A DNA stretch of 64,000 nt from an uncultured Acidobacteriota bacterium (GTDB lineage Bacteria > Acidobacteriota > UBA6911): contig CAWJKZ010000010.1 in assembly GCA_963843575.1 (NCBI GenBank), forward strand, positions 448,001-512,000, in the 5' to 3' direction. The position numbers were made by a program, and so were the translations under genes. Below the pieces are notes generated by a model. The model ran no database searches. It was not told where the DNA came from and saw only the letters and a list, made by a program, of their open reading frames with translations. Of this stretch, positions 29,792 through 40,512 are shown one piece after another (the stretch's first letter is position 1; each line of letters opens with the position of its first letter).

Positions 29792-32700
29792 CTAGCGGAT
29801 CGTGATTACCGTGCCGGCGGAGTAAGCGTTGAACTCCGGCGCGTACATCGACTGCAGCGTGGCCGGGGCCGCCTTGAAGGTCCCGGCGGTGCCGGCGCGC
29901 AGCCGGTAGCCGAGCGTGTACTCCCCTGCGGGCAACGACTCGAAGAAGAAATTCGTGCCCGAGTCGCGCGTTTCCTCATACCGGCCGATCCCTTTGTCCC
30001 ACATGTAGCGCGAAACGGCGTTCTCGGGCTCGAAGCCCGCCGCCCGCGGGTCGCGCAGGTGCACGTATTCGAAGGCGTGCCGGGCACGGATGGACAGCTG
30101 CACCTCAACCTGGTCGCCCGGCTGCAGGACCGCCCCTTCGGCCAGCGGCTTCAGGACGAACTGTCGCCCGTCGTGCTCGCGTTTGAAATAGGTGCGCCGG
30201 ACCGACAGGAAGTCCCCGCTCCCGGTCTCCGGAAGCTTCTCGGTCGAGAACTGCCAGGTCGCCGAAGCGAACACGACACCCTTCCCTTCCTTTTCCACTA
30301 CCACGGTCGCGTGGCCGGCGTCGACCTTCTCGCCGGGGATTACCGTCTGGTTCTTCTTTCCGGTGTAGCGGTCCGGCTCGAACACGTACCGCACCGTCTG
30401 TCCTCCGACCCGCACCGTGGCGTCCTCCCGGATCCCGAGCGCTCCTTCCTTCTTCAGGTAGTGGATGAGCGAGTAGACGACCTCGGCGGTAGCGCGCGTC
30501 GATTTCCAGTGGTTCAGCTTCTTATTGAGGAAGAGCCACTGGACGAGCCCGTCCTTGCGGGCGTCTTCGGGCGCGATCTCCATGATCGTGCGCAACGCAA
30601 ACGCCTGAGTCTCGATCGTGTCGTTGTACCAGAGCCAGGATCGGTCTTCCGGCGCCCAAAACGTGCCTTCGTCCCGAGTGGTCTTGGCGGAGTCCATAAT
30701 GCTGGCAAACACGAGTGTCGCGTCGGCAGGGCGGCCCATGCGCTTCAGCGTGAGCGCCAACTGCGCTTTCAGGTACGGCGAGTGCTGCTTCCAGTGCCGG
30801 AACGAGTGGTTGAGGATCGCGGTGCGTTCCTGGGCGGTCAGTGCGTTCCCCATCCAGGAGGGATCGGGGTAGCAGGACGCCGTGTAGTTGAGGAAGGTCA
30901 GGAACTCCCAGCAGCAGTCCTCCTTCAGCATCTTCTTCGCGTATTCCTCGCGGAAATGCTGTGCGAGATAGGCCCAGCCGCGCTGGACCATGTCTTTGGG
31001 CACGTCAACGCCGAACTCGGCGGATTTGGCGAGCCCGTACATGATGTAGAGGGTCATGTACGGCGAGGGCGGGCCGCCCGGCCACCACGGGAAACCGCCG
31101 ATAGAGGTCTGCGCCTTGCGCAGCTTGGCCAGCGAGGACGCCCGCTCGGCCGCCGCGACCCGCGGATCGAGCACCGCCGCGAGACCGTACCCGGCGTCGG
31201 ATCCGCCCCTGGCTTGCTCCAGCCACGGGCTTTCCTCCAGCGTCATCTTCCGGTTCGGGTCCGCCGCGTCCCAGGTCTCCAGGGGCGTCTCACGTTTCGA
31301 GAACTCCTGGGCCATCCTGGCAACCGCGGGGTACTTGTCGAAAAGGCTCGACAGTATGCCTGTGGACACGAAGCGGTTCAGGATCTGCTCGGTGCACTCG
31401 TAAGGGTAGTTCACCAGGTATGGGAGCGCCGACAGCACGGAGTAGAAGAGCTGCGCGTCCAGGGTCACAACCATCTGCTCGTTCACGCGCGAAGGGTCGT
31501 CGCTCTTCGTGAGATCCGCAAACGTCATCTCGCGGCGGTCCGCGTTCTTGAGCGTGACGAAGCGCGACTGGGACAGGTGCATCCTCCCGGGCAGGACCGG
31601 CAGGGGGCGCAGTTCGCCGTCGCTCAGATCGTCTGCGACCGCGGTGACCTTGAAAGCGACGATGCCGACCCTTGTCGGGGCGGCGACCGGGAACGACACG
31701 CTGGCGCCGGCTCCGGGCTTCACGGCAAACGGCTGCGAGGCGGCGCTGCCCAGCCCGAAGTTACCCAGCACGCTGGAGTTGGATTCGGGGTCGAGGATGT
31801 CGAGGTTCACACGGCCGCGGAACTCCCGCTCGGACGCGTTGTTGACCACGACCTTGATCACCGCCTTGTCCCCCTCGCGCAGGAACCGCGGCAGGTAAGG
31901 ACGGACCATCAGCTCCTTCAGGCTGCGCGCCTCTGTGTGCAAGGTCCCGGACTGCAGGTCGCGGGTGACCGCGTGCACCCACACGTTCCAGGCGGTGACG
32001 GAGTCGGGCACGGTGAACTCGATTGTGGCGGAGCCCTCGGCGTCGGTGAGGAGCTGCGGGCGCCAGAACGCGGTCTCGGCGAAGTCGCTCCGCATGGGGA
32101 CGGGCGGCGCCTCGGCCGCGTGATCCGCCTTGTCGGCCAACGGTTCACCTTTGGCTTCGACGGCGTTCGTCATGGACATGTCGGCCCGCGCCGGAGCTGG
32201 CACGGCTGCCGGGGCGGCCATTTCTTGCGCTGCGACGACGCCACCGACCACGCCGCCCACGAACCCGCCGCGCGCGTTCTTGTAGCGGATGCCGGGCCCG
32301 CCGATGCCGTACCCCTCAAAGAACTTGAGACGGTCTTCCCGGAGCTGCGGGTATTCCGGGGGCTGGAACAGGCTGTCGTGGAATACGCTGCCGTAGGACT
32401 GGCCGAGGTTGCTCTTCAGAAAGGGCGAGGCCCGTCCGGTTCGGGTAGGCCGACAGCGGGGTTGGCGGATGATGGGGGGCAAAGATGTCGAGGCTCCTGT
32501 CGTACATGTACGACAGGACCTCCGCCGCGCGCTCCATGACCGGCGCGCCCGAAGGGTTCTTTACCGTAACGCGCCAGGTTTCCCGGGCCCCGGGCCGCAG
32601 CTTGTCGCGGAAGCTGGCGAACTCCACCTTCAGCGTCTTGTTGTCCCATGGCACATAGAGCGATTCTTCGAGGTGGACGAACTGGTAGTCGCGCAGCAGC

Positions 32701-35700
32701 GCCAGCCGCACGCCGAAGCCGCCGCGGAGTTGCTCGGTGACTGGGATCTCGATGACCGCCGCGTCTCGCCCCGAGAGAAGGCGGCGCCGCTCGGCCAGCC
32801 GGCCGTCGCGCCACACCTCGAAAAACAGAAGCTGGTCGGAGAGACCCGAGAGCGCCAGGAAACGCGCCGTCCCGCCGACCGGCTGGGACGACTTCTCGGC
32901 GAGCAGGACGGCCGGGAGCGCCAGCCGTGTTTTGTCCCCCGCGACGATGAACTCCTCGGCCCGGCGGTATGTGGCGCCGAAATCGTCGATCGTCTCGTAG
33001 TGGAGCCGGTAAGGCCCCGCGGGCAGTTCCGCCAGAGACACGCGTGCCTGGCCCTGGTCGTCGTGTGCGAGCGCGCCGCGAGCGCGCTCGGGTCCGTCCG
33101 CCCAGTCGTGGAGGACGGCCTTGAAGGCGTACTGAGTGTCCCACCTCGGCCTGAGAGAGTCCCCCGGGGTGCGGTATCCCTTCTGACCGGCGGCAGCCGT
33201 TTCCCGCAGGGGCAGGTCGGCAGGCGGCACCGCAGCCTGGGGCTGGCGCAGCGAGACGACGCGCCAGGAGCCGGCACCGGGGCGTGGAACCCCGTTGAGA
33301 TCGGTCCGGGTGATCGTGAAAGCGGCCGGCGTCCCCTCGCGGCAGAAGGACGACTCGCCCGCGATCTGCGCCTCGACGGACACGAAGCCCAGACGGAAAC
33401 TGCGCGAGGCCGAGCGGGTTTCGCCTCCCTCGTCGGTGACGTCCGCGCTGATGCGGTAGCGGTACGTCACCTCTCTCGAGGCCGCCGCGGTGCGTTCGTC
33501 CGCTTCGGGGGTGAACTCGATCTTGAAGGTACCATCCTCACCCAGGCTGGCGGAGCCCGCCGCCACCGTTTGTGAACCCTGTGAACCCGTCCCCCACCCG
33601 CCACCCCACTCATACCAGTACCACCACCACGGGAAGACCGGCTCGCGCGTGGCGCGCCACTTGACGCTGCCGCTGGCGACGGGCAGGCCAAAGTAGTACC
33701 GCACGTCGCCGACGAAGGACGCGGGCCGGTTCAGTTTCAGGGGCGCCTGCGGCTCCCGCAACGAGACCTCGAAGGTCGGCCTCTTGTACTCTTCCACGCG
33801 GATCTGCGCCACGCCCAACTGGGACGCGCGGATCTGCCACGCGCCCAGCAGCCGGCCTGCGGGTATGGTGAACTCTCCCGCCGCGGTGCCGAACTCGTTG
33901 GTGGTGACGGTCCGGTTTTCGACGTTCTGCCCGTTGGCGTCGACCAGGGTAACGGTTAGCGCCTGGGACGGGAGGGTCCGGAAATTCGCGCTGTCGCGTT
34001 CCCCGCCATAGGCCAGCGCCTTCCAGAGCACTTTCTGCAGGGGCCGGTACACGCTGCGGTCTGTATAAACGAGGGCGACCGTCTCCCGTTGCCGTCCGGC
34101 GACCGGGTAGAAGTGGATCGACTGCGGATCCAACGCCACATGCGGGCCGCGCCTGGCAAAAAGAAAGTACCAGCCTCCCTCGCGCCCGGGGGCGTGGGCG
34201 AACCGGGCGGTCCCTTCGGTGTCGCTTGTCTGCCGCTCGGCTATCTTGTGGCCCGTCTGCCAATCGAAACGGTAAAGGCTTATTTGAACCCCGGACTGGG
34301 GCCTGCCGCTTTCGCCCGACAAGACCCGGAGTTCGAGGTCCGAGTCCTGCTCGCGCGACAAGACCAGCACGAGGTCGCTGATCAGCAGCCCCGTAGATAT
34401 CAGCCGGTTGCGCTCGCGCGAAAAATCCGGCCGCGCGGAAGCCACCAGCAGATAGAACCCGGGGGCCTGCAGGGGAGGGGTCACGAAGCTGCGGTGCGAT
34501 TCGTAATCGGGGGTGGGCGGCAGCTCCACGCGCCATTCCGCCAGGGGCTTCTGCGCCGCCATGACCTTCTGCTGTTCCTGGTCGTTGGGGAGCAGGTTGT
34601 AGTCCCGCGCGGTCCCGAGGCGGGCTTCGATGTCGTAGGGGTAGGCCCGGAAGTAGAGCGCGGCAATATTGCGGTGCGTGACCTGGACGGAGCGCTTTCG
34701 GGCGCCGTCGGAGGACATGGATGCGACCGCGAAATCGGGCGACTCGACGGTCTTCACGAGGTGGAAGCAGCGCTTGCCGCCGATCGAATCCGGGTAGGCT
34801 TTCCACCCTTCCTCGGCGATCGCGCGCGCCCGGACGAGCTTCCCCGGCACAGGCTGCTCGCGGACGAACTCGGCGCGCTGCGCCTGCCCCATCGCCCACC
34901 ACGGCACCGGGCGGTACCGCGGCAGACGGTCTTCGAGGTCCTTGAGGATCGCGTCCCGGTCATCCGACTCGGAAATGGAGGAGTGCAGCCGGCGCAGGCG
35001 TTCGAGCCGGGACTCGAGCGCGGCCTCCGTGCGTCCGGCCGCCGCGTGCCACGACTCGAGATCGTCCAGGATGAAGACGATCTTGACCAGGGGGTGGGTC
35101 GCCGGGTCGAGCAGCGCCACGGGCTGCCGGCCGGCCGTACCGTTACCCGCCAGGAGCGCCTTCAGGTCGAGGCGGTACAGTTCGTTGGACTCCTGGGGGC
35201 GCCAGAACGACGTGTCCGCCAGCAACTGCACGTAGAGGTACGAAATGACGTCGCGCAGCGTGCCGCGGACTCTGTCGGGGTAGTCGTTCTTGTCGATGTA
35301 CGCCGCGAGACGGCCGGCCGGGCTGCCACCCAGCTCGGCGCGCTGCTTCCAGACATCTTCATATGATTTCTGCGCCTCGGCGAACAGCTGCTCGCGGGTG
35401 TACGCCTTCAGGTCCGCCGGCGCCGCCGACTGCACTGGTTCGCGTTGGTTGATCTCCCAGGAATAGGCGCGGTAGTAGTTCACCAGCGACTGCGCATACA
35501 GCAGGTCCAGCGTCGCCCGGTTCAGCAGGCCGCCGGGCCAGGGCTGCTCCTTGAGCAGCCGGACCGCAGTCTCGTAGCCGTGCAGGCCGGTGCGCAGCTG
35601 GACTTCGGTGACCAGGGCGCGGGTCCACTCGTCCTGGTTTCCCGATTTGCGCGCGGCGCCGCGGATTTTCTCGACCGCGGCGGCGGCCTCCTCGAACTTC

Positions 35701-35861
35701 TGCTCCGAGATGAGCCGGTCGATTTCCTGCCAGGCTCCGGGTTTGCCCGTCTGTCGTGTCACGACGTTCTGAGACCATGTGATCGCGATCGAAACCGCGA
35801 TGACCGCGATGGGGCCGATCGATAAAAGGACCCTGCACACTCGGGTTTTCGCTGCCGGCAC
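29792..35861 (-). CDS. Bacterial alpha-2-macroglobulin, frameshift near 32420
   Basis: YTDRSVYRP, VEEYKRPTFEV, RSDFAETAFWRP, thioester motif YPYECTEQ, QSMYAPEF. Confidence 0.93.
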
Positions 35862-35979
35862 GATCTTCCTCCGCTTGGAAGCATGTTGTTACAAGGCTTA
35901 GATTCTCGCGGGAGTTCCACGGTTCCCTGCTATTTGATGACGCGGCGTTTCCGCTGCCTTGCACGAAATATGCGGATCC

Positions 35980-36102
35980 CAAGTGTGTCCGCGCTTCAGC
36001 CAAGTGGGTCCGGGCTTCAGCCCGGACGTCTTTGATCCGGGCTATATAGCGACGGGCGCACTGTTCAGCGACCGGAAACAGTGTCCGGGCCGAAGCCCGG
36101 AC
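35980..36102. repeat. REPIN family B, diverged
   Basis: CAAGTGGGTCCGGGCTTCAGCCCGGAC...GTCCGGGCCGAAGCCCGGAC with spacer resembling 18897-18952. Confidence 0.9.
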
Positions 36103-36158
36103 TTTCGTATAGCTCGCGTGGTTGATGGCGGAAACTGCGTGCCGTTGGTACCTGCCTA

Positions 36159-37274
36159 TCACTCGTAGATCCGTCCGAGATGGCCGACGATCGCCTTCTT
36201 GAGCTGGAGGGCGTCGACTTCACCCATTTTCCGGTAGATGACCTTGCCCCCCGGGGCCACGAGCATCGTGTACGGCAGCGCGCCTCGCCAGGCCGGGTCC
36301 ACGGCCTCGACCAGCTTGTAGATGTTGTCGAGCGCAAATATGTAGTTGCGGCCGGAGGCCTGTTGTTTGCGGAGGAAGGCGAGGGCGTCGGCCCGCTTGC
36401 CGGGGGAATCGGCGCTGATGGTGATCAGTTCGAACGGGCGTCCCCGGTACATGCGGTTGGCGGTGATCAGGGTCGGGAACTCGATAACGCAGGGCCCGCA
36501 CCACGTCGCCCACACGTTGACGAGGAGCAGCTTTTTCGAGTCGTTCTTCACGAGCCGGCGCACGCCCGCCTCGTCGAGGGTGTCGAGGCGAACCTCTTCG
36601 CGCGCCCACTCCTCGAAACCGCGCTTGACCGAGGCGCGCTTGTCGGCCCATTTTATGGAGCAGCCGAAAGTCTTGGTTGTTTCGACCGGGACCGCTTTAT
36701 TAGCCAGGATGGCCTCGATCGCGTTGCGGGTGTCGTGCACGGTCGCCCGTTCGATCTTCTCCTCATCGTCGACCCGGCCGGCGAACCGCAGCTTTCGCTT
36801 CGCGTCGAACACAAACAGGTGCGGGGTCGACGTCGGGCCGTAGGCGCGGGCCGCCTGCTGCGTGTCGCCGTCGTAGAGGTAGGGGAAGTTGAAGGCCGCG
36901 TCGCGAGCACGAATCTTCATCTCCTCGAACGAATCGCTCAGGTCGCTGTAGCCGAGCTCGTCGAGCCTCACGGCCTGGGGGTCGTTGGGCGAAATCGCCA
37001 CGAGGGAGACCCCGCGGCCGCGATAGTCTTCTGCCAGTTTTTTAATGCGGCCTTCGTAGGCCTGGGCTGTCGGGCAGTGGTTGCACGTGAAGACGATCAC
37101 CAGCACCTCCGACCCGGCGAAGTCCGCGAGCCGGTATGTGCGGCCGTCCACACCCGGCAGGTTGAAGTCAGGTGCCGGGGAGCCTATGGCCAGGGTTTCC
37201 GGTTCGTCCGCGACGCCGAAAGCCGGAAGCAGGCTGGAAGCGAACAGAGCGAGCGAGAGAGCCGCGAGCGGCAT
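36159..37274 (-). CDS. Secreted redoxin protein with two thioredoxin folds (AhpC/TSA plus TlpA-like)
   Basis: FTCNHCP, TFGCSIKW, VNVWATWCGPC. Confidence 0.9.
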   Translation of the reverse strand: MPLAALSLALFASSLLPAFGVADEPETLAIGSPAPDFNLPGVDGRTYRLADFAGSEVLVIVFTCNHCPTAQAYEGRIKKLAEDYRGRGVSLVAISPNDPQAVRLDELGYSDLSDSFEEMKIRARDAAFNFPYLYDGDTQQAARAYGPTSTPHLFVFDAKRKLRFAGRVDDEEKIERATVHDTRNAIEAILANKAVPVETTKTFGCSIKWADKRASVKRGFEEWAREEVRLDTLDEAGVRRLVKNDSKKLLLVNVWATWCGPCVIEFPTLITANRMYRGRPFELITISADSPGKRADALAFLRKQQASGRNYIFALDNIYKLVEAVDPAWRGALPYTMLVAPGGKVIYRKMGEVDALQLKKAIVGHLGRIYE

Positions 37275-37415
37275 GGGAGACTCCTTTCTTCGTGTCATGT
37301 TCGTAGCACGCGCGGCCGGTCGCCGCAACGGAAAACGTGGGTGCGTCTTGACAACCCGGGGGCCCGCAGAACAGAATTTTCTGCGCTTGGGGTTCCTCCT
37401 CCAGGAGAATTCGGC

Positions 37416-37934
37416 ATGAAGCACGTCAACTACGCGGAACTGTCCCTCAAGGACGCCCTCGACCTCGCCATCCTGATCGAAGACGAGGCCCGGGAACGCT
37501 ACGAGGAGTTCGTCGCCCAGCTGCAGCTGCACCACACTCCCGACGCCGCCGAGTTCTTCAGCGCCATGGCGCGGAACGAAGCCAGGCACGGGACGGAATT
37601 GCTTTCGAGACGCCGGTCCCTGTTTGGTGACGAGCCCACCCGGATGAGCCGGTCGATGCTCTGGGACGTGGAAGCACCCGATTACGACAAGACGCGCGCG
37701 TTCATGTCGCCCCGGCAGGCCATGACGGTTGCGCTGGAGTCAGAGGTGAAGGCGCACGACTTTTTCGCGGCGGCCCTTCCGCACGTGGCGGACGCGGCGG
37801 TTGCCGCGCTGTTCGCCGAGCTCAGGGACGAGGAAACCCACCACCAGGAGCTCGTTCGCCGCGAACTCGAGCGCCTCCCGGCCGGCCCCGACGCCGACCC
37901 CGACGACTATTCCGACGAACCCGTCGCGCAGTAA
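37416..37934 (+). CDS. Ferritin-like / rubrerythrin family protein
   Basis: AILIEDEARERY, NEARH, ESEVKAHDFF, DEETHH di-iron motifs; AGGAG RBS. Confidence 0.9.
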   Translation: MKHVNYAELSLKDALDLAILIEDEARERYEEFVAQLQLHHTPDAAEFFSAMARNEARHGTELLSRRRSLFGDEPTRMSRSMLWDVEAPDYDKTRAFMSPRQAMTVALESEVKAHDFFAAALPHVADAAVAALFAELRDEETHHQELVRRELERLPAGPDADPDDYSDEPVAQ

Positions 37935-38146
37935 CAGGGACGGACCACAACAAACAGCGGAACCACATACAGTTAGCCGGAAAACGACGCGAAAAATGGC
38001 CCTTATTTCGTCTTTTGGCGGTTGTTTTCGCGAAATAAGACATTAGAAACCCTCGGGCGGTCATTTTGCTGACGGCTCCCGAGCCAACAGATCATGCAGC
38101 AACCAAGGATAGGAGATTGCCGTTAACGGAGCCGTCAGCCCTCCGG

Positions 38147-38249
38147 GGCGCGGCGGCGGGCGGGCATCTGCGGCGTTGCGGCTCCTCGACGATGTCACCA
38201 CATCGCCTGCGTCGCGGCGCCTGGCATCTGCCCGCCCGGCGCCCGCGCC
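38147..38249. repeat. Long imperfect palindrome (third element type, C)
   Basis: GGCGCGG..GGGCGGGCA arms pair with TGCCCGCCC..CCGCGCC around a CGATGT-CACC-ACATCG core. Confidence 0.65.
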
Positions 38250-38358
38250 AAGATGTGAACTTATTCTTGCGCCAACCCCTTGGTGGGCCGCACTCGCCGG
38301 ACTGTTCCAGGTCCGTCCCGGCTCTTATGACGATATTGCGAAACAAGTGGAGGAGATC

Positions 38359-38847
38359 GTGAACTGCAGGAAGTGCGGCAGAGATTTCCCTTCGGAGTAC
38401 TATTTCAGGGTCCCGGGCTTCTGCCTCGAGTGTTACGCTGCGGCAACCCCGGAGGAACGGGCCCGGTTGCACCAGCCGTCCCCGATGCAGCGGATGTCCA
38501 CGACGGCCTTCACCATCGACCGATACCAGATCGTCGAAACGCTCGGTCTGGTGCGGGGAGTCACGGTGAGGTCGCGATCCATCCTGGGCACGGTCGGCGC
38601 GGCCCTCCAGACGCTTGTGGGAGGTAACATCACTTTGTTCTCGGAGCTGTGCGAGAAGACCCGCGCCGAGGCGTACGAGATGATGCTGAGCCATGCCGAA
38701 GCCATGGGAGCGAACGCCGTCATCGGCGTCCGGTATGACGCTACCGAGGTGATGGACGGTGTGACCGAAGTACTCTGCTACGGCACGGCGGTCGTGGTCA
38801 GACCCCAGGAGAGTGAAGCACCCATTCAAATCCGGACAACGAGGTGA
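38359..38847 (+). CDS. YbjQ/UPF0145 family protein with N-terminal zinc-ribbon-like extension
   Basis: CRKC...CLEC; GLVRGVTVRSR, GANAVIGVRYD, EVLCYGTAV; GGAGGAG RBS. Confidence 0.9.
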   Translation: MNCRKCGRDFPSEYYFRVPGFCLECYAAATPEERARLHQPSPMQRMSTTAFTIDRYQIVETLGLVRGVTVRSRSILGTVGAALQTLVGGNITLFSELCEKTRAEAYEMMLSHAEAMGANAVIGVRYDATEVMDGVTEVLCYGTAVVVRPQESEAPIQIRTTR

Positions 38848-38876
38848 GAGCTCCCCGCTGACCCTGCAAGTTCGCG

Positions 38877-39704
38877 TCAGTCTTTCAATTCACGAATCCA
38901 GATGTTGCGAAACCGGACAGGGTTGCTGTGGTCCTGAAGCATGAGCGGGCCCCGGTCTCCGTGCGGAACGTAGTCGGTTATGGCGTGCGCGGCAACCCAG
39001 CCCGTGCCACCCGTGAGTTCGACATGGTCGTGGATCAGGACGCCGTTGTGGAGGACCGTGAAGAGCGCCCTCTTCTTCACTTTCCCGGCCTGGTCGAAAA
39101 GCGGCCTGTGATAGATGATGTCGTAGGTCTGCCACTGCCCGGGCTTGCAGCTGGCATTCACCAGGGGCACCGCACGTCCGTAGAGCGCCCCGCATTGCCC
39201 GTCGGGATAGGTTTTGTTGTCGTACGAGTCGAGGACCTGGATCTCATACATCCCATGTAGAAAGACGCCGCTATTGCCCCGCCCCTGGCCCGTTCCGGAC
39301 ACGACTGCGGGGGTGGCGAACTCGACGTGCAGCTGGCAGGAGCCGAACTCCCTCCGGCTCTTCGCGTAGCCGGCACCCTTGACGGACTCCATAAATCCGT
39401 CGTGCACGATCCACTTCGACGGCCCGCCCTTCTCGTCCGTCCAGTTCGACAGGCTCACCCCGTCGAAGAGCACCGTCGCGTCCGCAGGCGGTTTTGCCGG
39501 ACCCGTCTCGGCGCCGCACACTCCCGGCACGACCACGGGTGGTGCCGGCCGGCTTTCGTCGTGCACCATCCAGCGCCCGGTCTCCGTCTCGACATATTGG
39601 ACGGGCGCTCCCGTCTGAGGGTTCTGGGCCCATCTCCCCGAAGCCGCCGCGACCGCCAAGCCACTCAGACAGACAACCGCTCCCCACAGCCACGCTTTTC
39701 TCAC
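38877..39704 (-). CDS. DUF1080 / 3-keto-disaccharide hydrolase family protein
   Basis: PPADATVLFDG, QGRGNSGVF, YEIQVLDSY, LQDHSNPVRFRNIW. Confidence 0.93.
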   Translation of the reverse strand: MRKAWLWGAVVCLSGLAVAAASGRWAQNPQTGAPVQYVETETGRWMVHDESRPAPPVVVPGVCGAETGPAKPPADATVLFDGVSLSNWTDEKGGPSKWIVHDGFMESVKGAGYAKSRREFGSCQLHVEFATPAVVSGTGQGRGNSGVFLHGMYEIQVLDSYDNKTYPDGQCGALYGRAVPLVNASCKPGQWQTYDIIYHRPLFDQAGKVKKRALFTVLHNGVLIHDHVELTGGTGWVAAHAITDYVPHGDRGPLMLQDHSNPVRFRNIWIRELKD

Positions 39705-39820
39705 GGCTCGATCCTCCGCGCTGATGAATCTGCCCCAGGCGGCATCGTGCCACCGGGTGAAATGGATAGACAAGCCGAAATGAGGCCGTCGGCCCCTGTT
39801 TAATCGTTCCGAACTTGAAG

Positions 39821-40300
39821 CTATCGTTCTCCCGGCACGGGAGCCGGCGACGGAGCAAGCCCGGACAACGCGCGACCGATCAGCGCGACGATCGACGGCA
39901 CGATGATTCCGCCAACCAGCAGGCCTCCGGCCCTGGACGCCATGGCTGTCGCCATCGGTACGACCGTTCCTTCGGGCGCATTCAGTGCATCCCAGTGCAC
40001 AAAATATGTCTGCAGGTTCCCGAGATAGCTGACAAGCGTCGCCAGAAAGACCAGCACCTGCCCGTACAGCCCGATCGCAATACCGGTCAGGACTGTGCCT
40101 TTCCAGTCAAAGCCGCCAACTCTTTTTGAAAGCGCCCCGAAATAGATGCAGCTGATAGAAGTCAGCCCAACCACCGAGAAGACCGCATTGCCACGCGGCG
40201 TGTAGGGCACGCCGGCGAGTCCGAGGATGAAACGGGCAACCGCCCAGATCAACAACAGCAGCCACGGCAAACGGACAAAGCGAACCACGGAAATCAACAT
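39821..40300 (-). CDS. Hypothetical membrane protein (about 4 TM)
   Basis: Hydrophobic ORF co-oriented with neighbours. Confidence 0.7.
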   Translation of the reverse strand: MLISVVRFVRLPWLLLLIWAVARFILGLAGVPYTPRGNAVFSVVGLTSISCIYFGALSKRVGGFDWKGTVLTGIAIGLYGQVLVFLATLVSYLGNLQTYFVHWDALNAPEGTVVPMATAMASRAGGLLVGGIIVPSIVALIGRALSGLAPSPAPVPGER

Positions 40301-40512
40301 ATTTCCCCCAGCCCAGGAGCAAATGAACTGCAGCAATCGGCAATTGGCCAATTATTCCACAGGCTGCTCGTTCTGACCCGTCTTTTTCGACGAACAGCCA
40401 TGGAGACTTCATTGGCTGCGGCTGCAGCCGGCTAAATTCAAAAAAAGAGCCCCAAAATCGCAAATAAGGCCGGTTTTGAGGGTCTTTTTCGTCGTATTTT
40501 ACTGCAAAAAAA

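Noticed and set aside
29711-32539. Long antisense ORFs (also 13988-15505, 25894-27261, 45070-46746 and others)
   Set aside because: Shadow ORFs opposite well-supported genes, expected in high-GC DNA.
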